IMG/VR virus record: IMGVR_UViG_3300032220_000699
Location: 125,135-189,134 of that record
Direction: 5' to 3' (one strand)
Length of the DNA stretch: 64,000 bases
From: a virus
The notes beneath the pieces were generated by a model, which worked only from the letters and a program-made list of their open reading frames with translations, was not told the origin of the DNA and searched no databases. Shown here piece after piece: positions 27,893-38,400 of this stretch; position 1 is the stretch's first letter; every line of letters starts with the position of its first letter. The translations under genes were made by a program, and so were the position numbers.

Positions 27893-29376
27893 TCAGCAAC
27901 GTTCTCATCATTCTGAGGAAATCCACAGTTAGGACACTTATAGTCAGGAATACCTACCAGACCAATCGTCGTACTAGACTTGAACTCAAGAATCTTATTT
28001 GTGATAGATGTACGAAGTGTATCGTCAGCCGAGAAGACTTCCAGCACTTCATTAATCGTAGGACGATCTGTGATAATGTTTTCATCAATTTCGATGTAAT
28101 CGATGAAGTGACTAAATTGACGCAGAATCGAAGAACGAACATATTGATCAAGAAGTTGAGTCTTAGCTTCAGCCTCGTCACCTTCTTCAACAATAAATGA
28201 ATCAATAGCAGAATTGATCTTGTTAACCCATGTCAGACCGTCTGCAGTATATTCAGCAAATGTCGGAATACGAAGTTTAAACTTGATCGATTCATTAACC
28301 TTAAATTCTGTACTGGACACACGAACATGTTCAGCAATAAACTTACGATAATGTTCGGCTGTAAGTGTATTAGGACGATTCTCAGTCATGATAAGCTTTT
28401 GTGCTTCGGTCAGACTGTTATTGTCAACCCACAACAGCTTACACATGTTAAGAACAGCCTTAACAGCGTGAGTACATTGTTCAACGTTGTTTACACAAGC
28501 CCGCTGATAATCAAACCCGTTAGGATAGATAGTTGCAGCAAATCCCCATGCGAGAATAGGGAAATCATGTATAAGTACATATTTGTCCAGGTCATTTTTA
28601 GTAATGTCCTTATTGTTTGTATTGTGCACATGTTTCATGATGAAGTCAAACAACTTCATATTAACATATACAGAGAAGTTGGTCAGTGTCAAACCAAGGG
28701 TAGAACGACCAATTGCAATCTTCTCTTTAAAGATTCCATTGTAGAAATCGATAAGATCTTTTTCAGCAGGCGGTTTAATGGTTACCCAAATACCTGAATG
28801 CGGAAGAGGAACAGAAAGAACATCACCAAGACCAAGTGCTTTGGAAACTTTAAGAACAGCCATAGCACCCTTAAGTTCACCATCAGCTTGTTTCATTTTA
28901 AGCGAACTAATAGTTTTCAATTCGCCTTCTTTGGTTTCTACACCTTGATCAAAACGAGAATTTTCATCGAAGAAACGATCTTGATAAATACCACCAGGAG
29001 TCTGGTAATCAATACCTTCTTCATTAATCTTTCGCCATTCTTTAAGATCAGGACGATTACCATCAAGTTCAAGATGCTTAAATTCCTGGATCTTTTTATT
29101 AAAGTTTAATACTCCCAAAGATGGAAGAGAAAATCTCCAGACAAATTTGGTTGGATCATAGTTATCACTACTCCAGTCAGAAGTAAGTTTTGCGTTAGGC
29201 TTCTTGACTGTTTGTTGTGGAACAGGCTCTTGCACTTGAGGTTGTTGATCTACGACAGTATCTGGTTCAGCTGTAACTGTCGTAGATTGTTCTACAGGCG
29301 AAGCTTCAGGTTCAATATTAAAGGTCGGTTCATCTTCACCGGGATTAGCCGGCAAAGCGTCAATTGGTTCAGACAT
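27799..29376 (-). CDS. Putative baseplate-hub assembly/chaperone protein (T4 gp26/gp51-like organisation)
   Basis: Start reassigned to ATG 29376 (AAGGTG SD). VPLPHSGIWVTIKPP near the start of the conserved part; C-terminal YKCPNCG Zn-knuckle. Confidence 0.45.
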   Translation of the reverse strand: MSEPIDALPANPGEDEPTFNIEPEASPVEQSTTVTAEPDTVVDQQPQVQEPVPQQTVKKPNAKLTSDWSSDNYDPTKFVWRFSLPSLGVLNFNKKIQEFKHLELDGNRPDLKEWRKINEEGIDYQTPGGIYQDRFFDENSRFDQGVETKEGELKTISSLKMKQADGELKGAMAVLKVSKALGLGDVLSVPLPHSGIWVTIKPPAEKDLIDFYNGIFKEKIAIGRSTLGLTLTNFSVYVNMKLFDFIMKHVHNTNNKDITKNDLDKYVLIHDFPILAWGFAATIYPNGFDYQRACVNNVEQCTHAVKAVLNMCKLLWVDNNSLTEAQKLIMTENRPNTLTAEHYRKFIAEHVRVSSTEFKVNESIKFKLRIPTFAEYTADGLTWVNKINSAIDSFIVEEGDEAEAKTQLLDQYVRSSILRQFSHFIDYIEIDENIITDRPTINEVLEVFSADDTLRTSITNKILEFKSSTTIGLVGIPDYKCPNCGFPQNDENVAEHMTSVIPLDVMNLFFTLITLRISKIMEREV

Positions 29377-29905
29377 TTTCATCACCTTTCTGTTCTGCAC
29401 CAGCTGGAGGTGTTGCAGATTCAACCACATTTACAGGAATGATTTCAGTGACAGTCATCATCAAATCACCCAGTGTCGGAGTGATAAGTGTAGCCAATTC
29501 AGAGAACAACGATTGGTATTGAATAGCGATACGATTATAGTTATTGAAATCAGTCATCGTTTCAATACGACCTGACAAATGTTCATGAAGAACACGAATG
29601 TCTTTAACCTTGAAACTAAAGTTATTGATATCGCTAAAGAACAATTCAACAACTTTATTAAAATGATCTGCCTTATCACCCAAGTTTTGGATAATCGCAG
29701 GGTTAGTGATAACTTCTTGAACTTGTGCAATAAATTGTACAATCTGACTACCGAGATCTTCTTTTAGCTTATTCAGATCTTCCCAAGAATATTCAGATGT
29801 TTTCAAGAATTCTTCGTCATGAGAAGTATCTATGCTGAAGCCAGTTTGAATAGCATGGTCAATTTCTCTAACAATTTGTTTCTTTTCTAATTTATCAGCG
29901 TTCAT
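29369..29905 (-). CDS. Hypothetical helical protein
   Basis: MNADKLEKK... ORF overlapping the next gene's start. Confidence 0.6.
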   Translation of the reverse strand: MNADKLEKKQIVREIDHAIQTGFSIDTSHDEEFLKTSEYSWEDLNKLKEDLGSQIVQFIAQVQEVITNPAIIQNLGDKADHFNKVVELFFSDINNFSFKVKDIRVLHEHLSGRIETMTDFNNYNRIAIQYQSLFSELATLITPTLGDLMMTVTEIIPVNVVESATPPAGAEQKGDENV

Positions 29906-30002
29906 TTTAGATACCCATGAAAAGTAGTGTGGTGAAATAATCATATAATACGAACATATAGTAAAAAAACAAAAAAGACTGGAGGGTAAACCTCCAGTCC
30001 TC

Positions 30003-30830
30003 TTATAACGATGGGTTGATCATGCTTTGCAATAGACGATTGTATCTTGTCGTGTCGTTCATAAATAGAACAGCACCTAAACGTTCCCGAAGGAAAGTAT
30101 TGTAATCAGCTTCTGCCTCTGAATAGCTTTCCAGAATGCTTTTGAACATACCTAGATCCTGACCAGATGCAAGATAACCACTGTTGACAGGGATGATAAG
30201 CTTATTGTAGATGTAAGCCTTAGCAGCTAATACACAAGCCATACTAACATCTTTATAACTTCTTGGTTGAATATTATTTAAGTTGCTATCATTCTCTAAC
30301 AGAACTCTTAGACCAAAGTTTGTAAGAACACGGAAGTTAGCATAAACAAGAATAGTATTGTAACCAACAATTTCTAAATGTGCGTTACTGAGAACACCTG
30401 ATGGTGAAGCAGCGCTACCGATACGGTTAGCTACATTCATAACAGGATTCTCTTGCATGTAACCAATATTACCAAAACTATTACCAGATAACCCACCTTG
30501 ACCAAATACACCAGCACCAGGCATTAGCGTAATATTCAAAGCAGAGATGATCTCTTTGTTCATTGTCAATTCAGGAGGAACCTGATAGACCGTATAAAAG
30601 TATTCATAGAAGCTAGGTTGAATATTATTTAACGGGATAATTAATTCAATACCACCCGTGATATTCATATCGATCAAAACTCTCTTACGAAGAAGCTTGC
30701 GTAAGATTTTATCATCAACGGTATTCAGATTAACTGTCTCAGGTGCATCATCAATTGTAAATGCAGCATGCAATAGTTCTTGAGGAATCTGGTGTGTAAT
30801 CTCGTTGATAGAGTAAATTAAAGCATTCAT
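30003..30830 (-). CDS. Conserved phiKZ-like (probable virion) protein
   Basis: Start ATG 30830 (AAGGA SD), preceded by the ATTTTTTGA motif. Confidence 0.55.
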   Translation of the reverse strand: MNALIYSINEITHQIPQELLHAAFTIDDAPETVNLNTVDDKILRKLLRKRVLIDMNITGGIELIIPLNNIQPSFYEYFYTVYQVPPELTMNKEIISALNITLMPGAGVFGQGGLSGNSFGNIGYMQENPVMNVANRIGSAASPSGVLSNAHLEIVGYNTILVYANFRVLTNFGLRVLLENDSNLNNIQPRSYKDVSMACVLAAKAYIYNKLIIPVNSGYLASGQDLGMFKSILESYSEAEADYNTFLRERLGAVLFMNDTTRYNRLLQSMINPSL

Positions 30831-30898
30831 CTCTATGTCCTTAATGTTATTAATCAAAAAATGATCCAGTAGCGAAAGCTACTGGATCATCTTATAAG

Positions 30899-31684
30899 TT
30901 ATTGCTGTGCAGCTTCAGCTTCAACAGGCTGTTCAACAACAGATTCTGCCGGAGCAACTTCTTCAGCGACTTGAGTTTCTACAACAGGCTCAGCTTCAGA
31001 AGCCGGAAGTTCGTAGTCTTCTTCGTCGTCCGGATGTTCTGCATTACGCATACGTTCCAGAACTTCAGGAGACATAACCTTTTCCAGAACACCTTCCAGA
31101 TAAACCATACCGGCCTTATCCTTGGTATCAACGAAGACAGAGAAGTCAGGTTCCTTACCTTCCTTAACAGCCTTGATGATCAGCTCAGCGATGTCAATGA
31201 TCAGAGCAGCATAGCTGGTAGCAATGCGCAGACCACTAGACTTCACAATGTGGTAAGAGATGAGAGTCTTATTCTCATCAAGAGCCTTAATTTCACGGAT
31301 GATATCCGGATAAGACTTGATCTTGTTCCACGTCGCTTGACCAATGATGGCCTTGAAGTTCGGAACGAACTTGTTGAAGATGCCGTTGGAGTCAGCATAA
31401 ACCTTCAGGTTACGACCGGTCAGACGACGGATGGTGTCATCCAACGTTGACGAACGGACCCAATACCACAGACTCAGGACAGAGTTGAACTTGCCGATGT
31501 GCTTGTAGTTGATAACCTTCAGGTAAGCAGGATCAAAGATCTTGCCAAGACGAGTTTCCGACTGAATGCTGATATTGATGTGGTCTTCACCTTCCTTACC
31601 GAACTTATTCGGATTATTAAAAGGAGCGGTAGCGCGAAACTTCTTACGAAGATCCTTAAAATCCATTTTCTTTTGTTGAGCCAT
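30899..31684 (-). CDS. Hypothetical protein, highly expressed codon bias, acidic C-tail
   Basis: 261 aa; GEDHINI...TRLGK...F.SVLSLWYW core; E/A/V-rich tail. Confidence 0.65.
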   Translation of the reverse strand: MAQQKKMDFKDLRKKFRATAPFNNPNKFGKEGEDHINISIQSETRLGKIFDPAYLKVINYKHIGKFNSVLSLWYWVRSSTLDDTIRRLTGRNLKVYADSNGIFNKFVPNFKAIIGQATWNKIKSYPDIIREIKALDENKTLISYHIVKSSGLRIATSYAALIIDIAELIIKAVKEGKEPDFSVFVDTKDKAGMVYLEGVLEKVMSPEVLERMRNAEHPDDEEDYELPASEAEPVVETQVAEEVAPAESVVEQPVEAEAAQQ

Positions 31685-31695
31685 TTTAAATTACC

Positions 31696-32124
31696 TCATG
31701 CTTGTTTAAAAAACAATTTGTTAACGATCGCAAAAATATACAAAGCCAGCAAGAATTTATTGTTTTCTAGGAATGATTGTAAGTCCTCCATGGAGTTAAA
31801 CAAAAAGTCATCGATTGCTTCACGGTTAATAATCAAGTTCTGTTTTGTGACAGTGCGATTAACCGATATCAATGACAGTATGTGTGATGTAAAAGCTTCG
31901 GTATCATTATATGTTACTAAGCTATAAATTTTTACTATGTCCAGATAAGAGAAACACTCTATCAAGAGTTCATTGCGATAACCAATTTCTTCAGCGACAC
32001 CTTTTAAAGATTGTGCAAGAAGAAGGGTTGTGCTAGTTAACCCTTTCTCTTTAAGAAATCCAGCCATTGCTGGAAAGTTATCATTTTGCTGCTCAAGCAA
32101 AATAAGAATGTTGTTGTCATCCAT
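31696..32124 (-). CDS. Hypothetical protein
   Basis: MDDNNILILL... directly after the uvsX stop. Confidence 0.55.
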   Translation of the reverse strand: MDDNNILILLEQQNDNFPAMAGFLKEKGLTSTTLLLAQSLKGVAEEIGYRNELLIECFSYLDIVKIYSLVTYNDTEAFTSHILSLISVNRTVTKQNLIINREAIDDFLFNSMEDLQSFLENNKFLLALYIFAIVNKLFFKQA

Positions 32125-32131
32125 ATTTATC

Positions 32132-33559
32132 TCACTTCTTCTTGGAGAGCCAATACGGAACATACTTATCATAGTACATTTCGATTAGATCCATGGTTGA
32201 AAGGAATGGGATAGGATGGTCGTATTGATTAAACGTCCAATAATCCCGTGTGTTAAGCAGAACCTTCCAGTCATACTCTTTGCCAAGTTTCTCGTAGAGA
32301 GCTTTGACATCAGGTACTTCAAAAGGAAGATCTTTGTAGTACGTCTTAATCTGGAGAAGATCAGCGGTGATCTTAACTGCCCGACGAAGCATTGGGTCAG
32401 TATCCAACAAATTACGAATTGTAGTACGTCCTACCTTAACATCAGGATATAGAATCATGTTATAAGTATCGCGGCTACCCTCAATACCAAAACGGTCATG
32501 ATCTTTTACATAATTAAATTCAGTCAAAGACGCAAGAACACCTTCAGTCTGAGAAACAACCAAGTCAAAACTATAACCACTAGGACCCGACTTATTACGG
32601 ATCAGCTTAATAGTAACCAAGTTAAGATCGAAACTACCTTCATCGACACGTTCACGAGTCTTAGGGTATTCCGGACCTTTAGTGGTTTGATTATTAAAGA
32701 CAGACGAAGACATTGTCTGCCAAAGCAAATTAGACAGATAAAGAAACTTACCAGCTACACCCTTAACAACTTCACCAGGCTTCATATGTGGAAGCTGTCG
32801 AACAGGTATAGAAGCCATAGGGCCATTACCCATCGGAATATCTTTACCGATATGAGCGGTCATAATGATATAGTGCGAAGATGCATTACAAACTGGAGGA
32901 ATCTCCATCAATAAACGCGTCTTAGCCAAACCACCACGCATATGAATTGTATTACCACCACTGTCTCCGATTTCATTCTTGTTCTGAATTTCTTCGGTAT
33001 CGGCGGTTGTAAATTCTGACACACTGTCAAGATCACCAAAGGAAGGAAAAATTGCCATGATCGGCTTATTATCCTTATCCATAAAAGGTGTCTCAAGGGT
33101 ATAGTTTTTTGCATTCTTAATCTTCTCATTTCGTAAGAAGTCTTTCAGAAGCTTAAACCACTCATTCCCAAGGTGATAAGTTTTATCTGTAATACTCCAA
33201 GCACCTTCTTTAACCAAGTCGATGTCTTTGAAGATTTCAAACTTACGAGAGAGATCAAGACAGTGTTCAACGTCAATGTTGATTTCAGTGTCGTAAGTAT
33301 TGAGATAAGGAAGGAACCCAGATGCCGCTGCTTTGCTTGCAGCAGATAACATCATGTAACGAGCAATCTTAGACTTATAGGTGTTGCCTTTACCCATCAC
33401 AGCGGTGAAGACACTAAGTCCGCCATTCATAATGTTTTCACCGCGTTTGCCGCGAATATAACGACCAGTCGGAATATCTAATAAAGCACCGACATTATAA
33501 AAAACTTTACAAGGATCAACCTCTTCAAAGGCCGGCTTGTTCTTAAACATTACTTGCAT
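32132..33559 (-). CDS. uvsX: UvsX/RecA-like recombinase, phiKZ gp152-like
   Basis: P-loop GKGNTYKS, YDTE, Walker-B-like DLDSV, IMTAHIG, LIRNKSGPSG. Start at ATG 33559 with GGAG SD. Confidence 0.75.
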   Translation of the reverse strand: MQVMFKNKPAFEEVDPCKVFYNVGALLDIPTGRYIRGKRGENIMNGGLSVFTAVMGKGNTYKSKIARYMMLSAASKAAASGFLPYLNTYDTEINIDVEHCLDLSRKFEIFKDIDLVKEGAWSITDKTYHLGNEWFKLLKDFLRNEKIKNAKNYTLETPFMDKDNKPIMAIFPSFGDLDSVSEFTTADTEEIQNKNEIGDSGGNTIHMRGGLAKTRLLMEIPPVCNASSHYIIMTAHIGKDIPMGNGPMASIPVRQLPHMKPGEVVKGVAGKFLYLSNLLWQTMSSSVFNNQTTKGPEYPKTRERVDEGSFDLNLVTIKLIRNKSGPSGYSFDLVVSQTEGVLASLTEFNYVKDHDRFGIEGSRDTYNMILYPDVKVGRTTIRNLLDTDPMLRRAVKITADLLQIKTYYKDLPFEVPDVKALYEKLGKEYDWKVLLNTRDYWTFNQYDHPIPFLSTMDLIEMYYDKYVPYWLSKKK

Positions 33560-33604
33560 TTTTATCTCCAAGTTTCTATCATCCAATTAGGGATTTAGTA
33601 TTTT

Positions 33605-34423
33605 TTAATGTCCATGGTGGTTTGTATTACCACCATCGTCAATAATACTACCTGTAGCATGAATATTTCCAGTGACATCAAAATTACCTGTCATAGAAAC
33701 ATTGCCTTGAGTTTTTGTATTACCTGTAGTGTTAACATTACCTTTGATATTAACATTACCTTCCAGATTAATTGTTGGTGCTTTAAGATTAATAACTTCG
33801 CCAGCTGTTCCTGAGATTTCTTTTAAAGCATTTACAACAAACTTATCTTTTTGACTATCTAGCATGAAGGTATTACCCTTCTTGTCTTTTAATGTAAATG
33901 TACCAGCTTTGGTATCTATTTCGATATCATATTCTGTATATTCACCGTCATTCATAGCGGTATGAAATTTGACAGATTTTTTCTTTGTATCAACTTCTAA
34001 CCAATAGCTAGTTGTTTTATCAAAAGCAGAAATACCGGACTTAATATTTCCGAAACCATAAAGAACAGTTTCTTGTCTACGAAGTTCTACTTCACGGAAA
34101 ATAGTTGTCCAGTAATATTCATCGACATCACCAAACTTAAATAATACAACAGTTTCATTAGCAACAACGTCAGGCGCGGTAAGACGATTACTTTGTCCAA
34201 AGGCTAACCATTTAGCTTTGACATAGTTCGTTGATTTCATTTCACTAGCAAAATTCTTACCGCTTGAATTCTTTAAAGTACCTTCAAACTTTGTCGAAGC
34301 ATCTTTAATAGAGCCAGCTGGTTGAATGTTAAGAACTTCCATGGGAGAAACCATGATCATATCTGACCCAACTGGTTTATTCTCAACAACAATACCTAAT
34401 GAGTATAACTTTAATTCACTCAT
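33605..34423 (-). CDS. Baseplate central spike (gpV/gp5-like)
   Basis: N-terminal OB-like region, beta-helix repeats GNVNIK/GNVNTT/GNTKTQ/GNVSMT/GNFDVT/GNIHAT, terminal HxH (NTNHHGH). Confidence 0.8.
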   Translation of the reverse strand: MSELKLYSLGIVVENKPVGSDMIMVSPMEVLNIQPAGSIKDASTKFEGTLKNSSGKNFASEMKSTNYVKAKWLAFGQSNRLTAPDVVANETVVLFKFGDVDEYYWTTIFREVELRRQETVLYGFGNIKSGISAFDKTTSYWLEVDTKKKSVKFHTAMNDGEYTEYDIEIDTKAGTFTLKDKKGNTFMLDSQKDKFVVNALKEISGTAGEVINLKAPTINLEGNVNIKGNVNTTGNTKTQGNVSMTGNFDVTGNIHATGSIIDDGGNTNHHGH

Positions 34424-34815
34424 GTCGATTCCTCAAGATTAACTAAAAACTCAATAGTATTTACTAATTCTTCTAAGTCATGTTTGAGTTTCATATTAAT
34501 ATCATTCTCTTGAATAATAGGAATGATACGTTTTAAACAGTAGTTAATGTCTTCTGTTGTCTTAAAGTAACCATAAATATTGACAGCAGCAATTTGTCTT
34601 TCATCAACTTTACTAACCAAGTTAAAAAGAAGATCTTCAAACGAAACATAATATACATTCATGATGAGCAGCTTATTATGCGGCTCATTAATAATATTTA
34701 CAAGATTATCAGTAAACGCAAGTGTTTGTACTTTTTCAATAAGTTCCTGATTCTTTGAAGTGGTTTGTATCGGTTTTTTCTCCGAAGAGAAAAGTTTTTT
34801 AAATAATTCCAACAT
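34420..34815 (-). CDS. Hypothetical protein
   Basis: 131-aa ORF coupled to the spike gene. Confidence 0.55.
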   Translation of the reverse strand: MLELFKKLFSSEKKPIQTTSKNQELIEKVQTLAFTDNLVNIINEPHNKLLIMNVYYVSFEDLLFNLVSKVDERQIAAVNIYGYFKTTEDINYCLKRIIPIIQENDINMKLKHDLEELVNTIEFLVNLEEST

Positions 34816-34884
34816 ACTGTAGACTCCTATTGGCGTTTAACTACAATATGTCACAAGGAATATTTTTTAACATTTGAGGTTAAC

Positions 34885-35190
34885 ATGGATAACGTAAATC
34901 TTTGTAACGAAGTCATTAAAGAAGCACAACGTCTTGGTCTGAAACAATCAGGTCTAGAAGCTATTCAGACCAATCAAATTTTTGTTGACGCCTATGATAA
35001 GAATATGGCTATGCAACGTGCTGCTTTGACAACTATGTTTTTCCGTATCTTGGTGAATGCGAGTTTCCAAGCACCACCTCAAATTAGAATTGCACTGAAT
35101 TCTGCTAATGACCAGATTAGTTGGCTGGATGATATTAAAATTGTTATTCTTCCATTCGTTGTTGAAAATCAGGATGCTTATTTCCCATGA
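34885..35190 (+). CDS. Hypothetical protein
   Basis: 101 aa, GAGGT SD. Confidence 0.6.
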   Translation: MDNVNLCNEVIKEAQRLGLKQSGLEAIQTNQIFVDAYDKNMAMQRAALTTMFFRILVNASFQAPPQIRIALNSANDQISWLDDIKIVILPFVVENQDAYFP

Positions 35191-35408
35191 TAGTTATCTC
35201 TTTAACTCAAACTGAATTACTTGTTCTTCTTTTAGGTTTTTCTATTTTGATTGCTATGATTATTGGTAATCAGCAATACTGGAAAGGTAAGTTTGAATCG
35301 CTTAACGAAGAACGTGGCGATGGTTCTGGATGGAGAGAAGAAGCACGATTCCTTCGTCGTATGGTTAATAAAACTGCAGCAAAAGAAGTTGAGAAAGAAG
35401 AATACTAA
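35187..35408 (+). CDS. Small N-terminally membrane-anchored protein
   Basis: Hydrophobic residues ~1-27 followed by a charged tail. Confidence 0.55.
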   Translation: MIVISLTQTELLVLLLGFSILIAMIIGNQQYWKGKFESLNEERGDGSGWREEARFLRRMVNKTAAKEVEKEEY

Positions 35409-35438
35409 GAACTAGGAGAGGATATCCTCTCCTAGTTC
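35408..35438. terminator. Perfect palindrome between convergent genes
   Basis: GAACTAGGAGAGGATATCCTCTCCTAGTTC; same core at ~42295-42322. Confidence 0.7.
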
Positions 35439-35445
35439 TATTCTG

Positions 35446-38400
35446 TTAGTACTTGATGAAGTAATTTAAACCATCGTTCATAAATGAAGCATCTGGTATC
35501 TTAAATTTAGCAACAGTGACAAACTGTTCAATTGGCGCAATATCTCCATTGTAATATGGAGAATAGTCATTCAAACCGCCAGCAAAGTTTGCTGTATAGA
35601 TATTAGAGTTAGTGACGCCAGAAGCGATAGCGCCGCCGATAAGATGTATCTTACCATTAGTGATAACTGCTGAACAAGAATGAACACTCATCGGGAAAAC
35701 TGTTCCGTATGACCAAGTACCCAGTGTTCCGTCTGCATTGATTGTAGCAATTTGCGAAACATTGGTATTAGAGCCACCTGACAAATAACCAGCTCCGATA
35801 ATTACCGTGTTTCTACTTGCGATGATAATCGGTGCTTCGACACCTGTAAGTAAAGAAGGACCAGCTGTCCAATTACCTACATTGCCTTCAGGATCAATGG
35901 AAGCAGTATAGACGTTAGTAACACCACCACCACCTTGATTACCACCAATAATATAAACGCGATTCTTAGTTACAAGAGCACGGCCTAAATTAGTAGTCAC
36001 AGGGAAGTTGAAAGGACTTTGTCTCCAACCACCAAGTGTACCGTCGTTATTAATTGTTGCATAATAAACACCTGTTCCTGAACCAGATCCAGAAACAACA
36101 TATAACTTATTCTTAGTGATAAATACACTAGGATAACTAAAGGCAACAGGAGTTCCTGATACAGTTGACCATGTGCCCAATGTTCCATCAGCATTAATAA
36201 CAGCTGTGAACATTGTATTAGCACCTGTTCCGCCAATAATATATGCTCTATTTTTGGTAACAACAGCTGTTGTATAGCTTGTGCTACCAGGAAGAACATT
36301 ACCAAGAGAAGTAAACGCACCTAAGCTACCGTCGCTATTGATCGGTGCAGTGTACATTACCTGACCTGCTGAACCACCACCAACATAAACACGGTTCTTA
36401 GTAACAATAGTTGCATGAATAGAAATTGTTACAGCATTGGTTGCTGAAGTTGTCCAGCCAGTGATATCACCGGCTTGTGTAGTGTTAAAATGATACTGTG
36501 TTTCCCACGGTTTACCAGAACCAGGATAAGTATAGTTTACAGTATCTTCTGCATAGTAACTTGAATAATCATTGAGACCCTCAAGAATTGGCGCAGAATA
36601 AATAGTATTTAAACTTGTAGTATTATAACCACCAAGTAAATATACACGATTTTTGGTAGCTATCAATTGTGAGGCTACCAAATTTGCAGGAATAGATGTT
36701 CCTGTGGACCACGTCCCAATTATTCCATCGGCATTAATCTGTGCTTTATAAACAGTACTGGAACTTGTACTAGGCGCACTATTACCACCTAATACATATA
36801 CAGTATTTTTAGTTACAAAAACTTGATATCCAGCATCATTACCAGGTAATGATGCTCCAGATGTCCAAGTACCTAAGGTACCATCACTATTTATAGGAGC
36901 AGTATAGACCGTACTTACCACTGTACCGCCATTATTTCCGCCTAACATATATACACGATTCTTAGTTACAACTGCCTGCGACGCAGATAAAGTAGTAGGC
37001 AGATTTCCTTGATTTGACCAAGTACCAATACCGCCATTCGGATAAATATTTGCCGACTGGATAACAGAAGTATGTGTAGATCCGTCTGTTTTTCCACCAA
37101 GTAAATAAACCTTATTTCTAGTTAATATAACCTGAGATTGATAAACAGCCGTTGCTAGCGCGGTAGAGGTCGACCAACTATCCAATGTACCATCTGAGTT
37201 AATAATGGCTGTATAAACAGTAGAGTTTGCTGAAGAACCGCTATTGCTTGAACCACCAAATATATAAATTCTATTACTAACAACAATTCCAACAGCTAAA
37301 TAAAGAATAACTGGTAAATTTGTGGTAGTTGACCAAGTGCCTAAAGTACCATCAGCATTGATAGCTGCAACATAAACTGTATTAACTTGAGCATTTCCCG
37401 CGCCACTCATACCACCAATCAAGTATGCATAATTTTTGGTGACAATAGCTACTGAATTACTCAAAGTTGTAGGTAATGTAGATGTTTCTGTCACCCAGCC
37501 AGTGATATCATCAGACTGTGTTTCGTTAATTTGATATTGTTGCTGCCAAGGTTTACCAGAACCAGCAACCATATAGTTAGTTTCTACTGAATTTGAGTAA
37601 TAAGAAGAGTAGTCATTAGTGCCACCGGTGATGTCACCCATCCAGCAATTGCCTGACCATGCTGACGCTAACATACCACCTAACACATAAATGCGATCTT
37701 TAGTTGCAGTAATATTAAAGTAAGCAGCTGTTGCTTGCAAAGTCCACATCTGCAATTGCCAACCACTAATACTGCCATCAGACCTAATAGTTGCTTTGTA
37801 AATATTAGCAGAATGTGCACCACTTTGTAATCCACCAATCATATAAACAACATTACGGGTGACAAATACTTGATGTAAAATAAATGTCACAGGCAACGAT
37901 GTCTCAGCAATCCATGATCCAATACTACCATCACTGTTTAAATTTGCACTATAAACCGCATTAGACGCGACGCTGTTTTGATATCCACCGAAGATATAAA
38001 CACGATTCTTAATAACACCAACAGCACTCTGGTATAATGTAAAAGGTAAGCTGGTTTCTGTAGACCAAATACCAAGAGAACCATCTTCCTTAATATCTGA
38101 AGAATAAATAACACTTAGAGCTGTTCCGGAATAACCACCAACAACATAAACTCTATTACCATTAATGAAAGCATGTGAATATGCTGTAGCTCCAGGCATA
38201 GCCGGACCATTACTCCAAGTTCCGATAGTGCCATCTGCATTAATGTCAGCAACAAAAATATTGTTTGTTGCTGTTGAATTATTAATATAACCACCAAGTA
38301 AATATACACGATTTTTGGTTACAACAGCAGTGCTATAAGCATAAACTGTTGGAAGAGTTGTTGCAGCAGCCCAAGCACCAAGTGTTCCATCGGCATTAAT

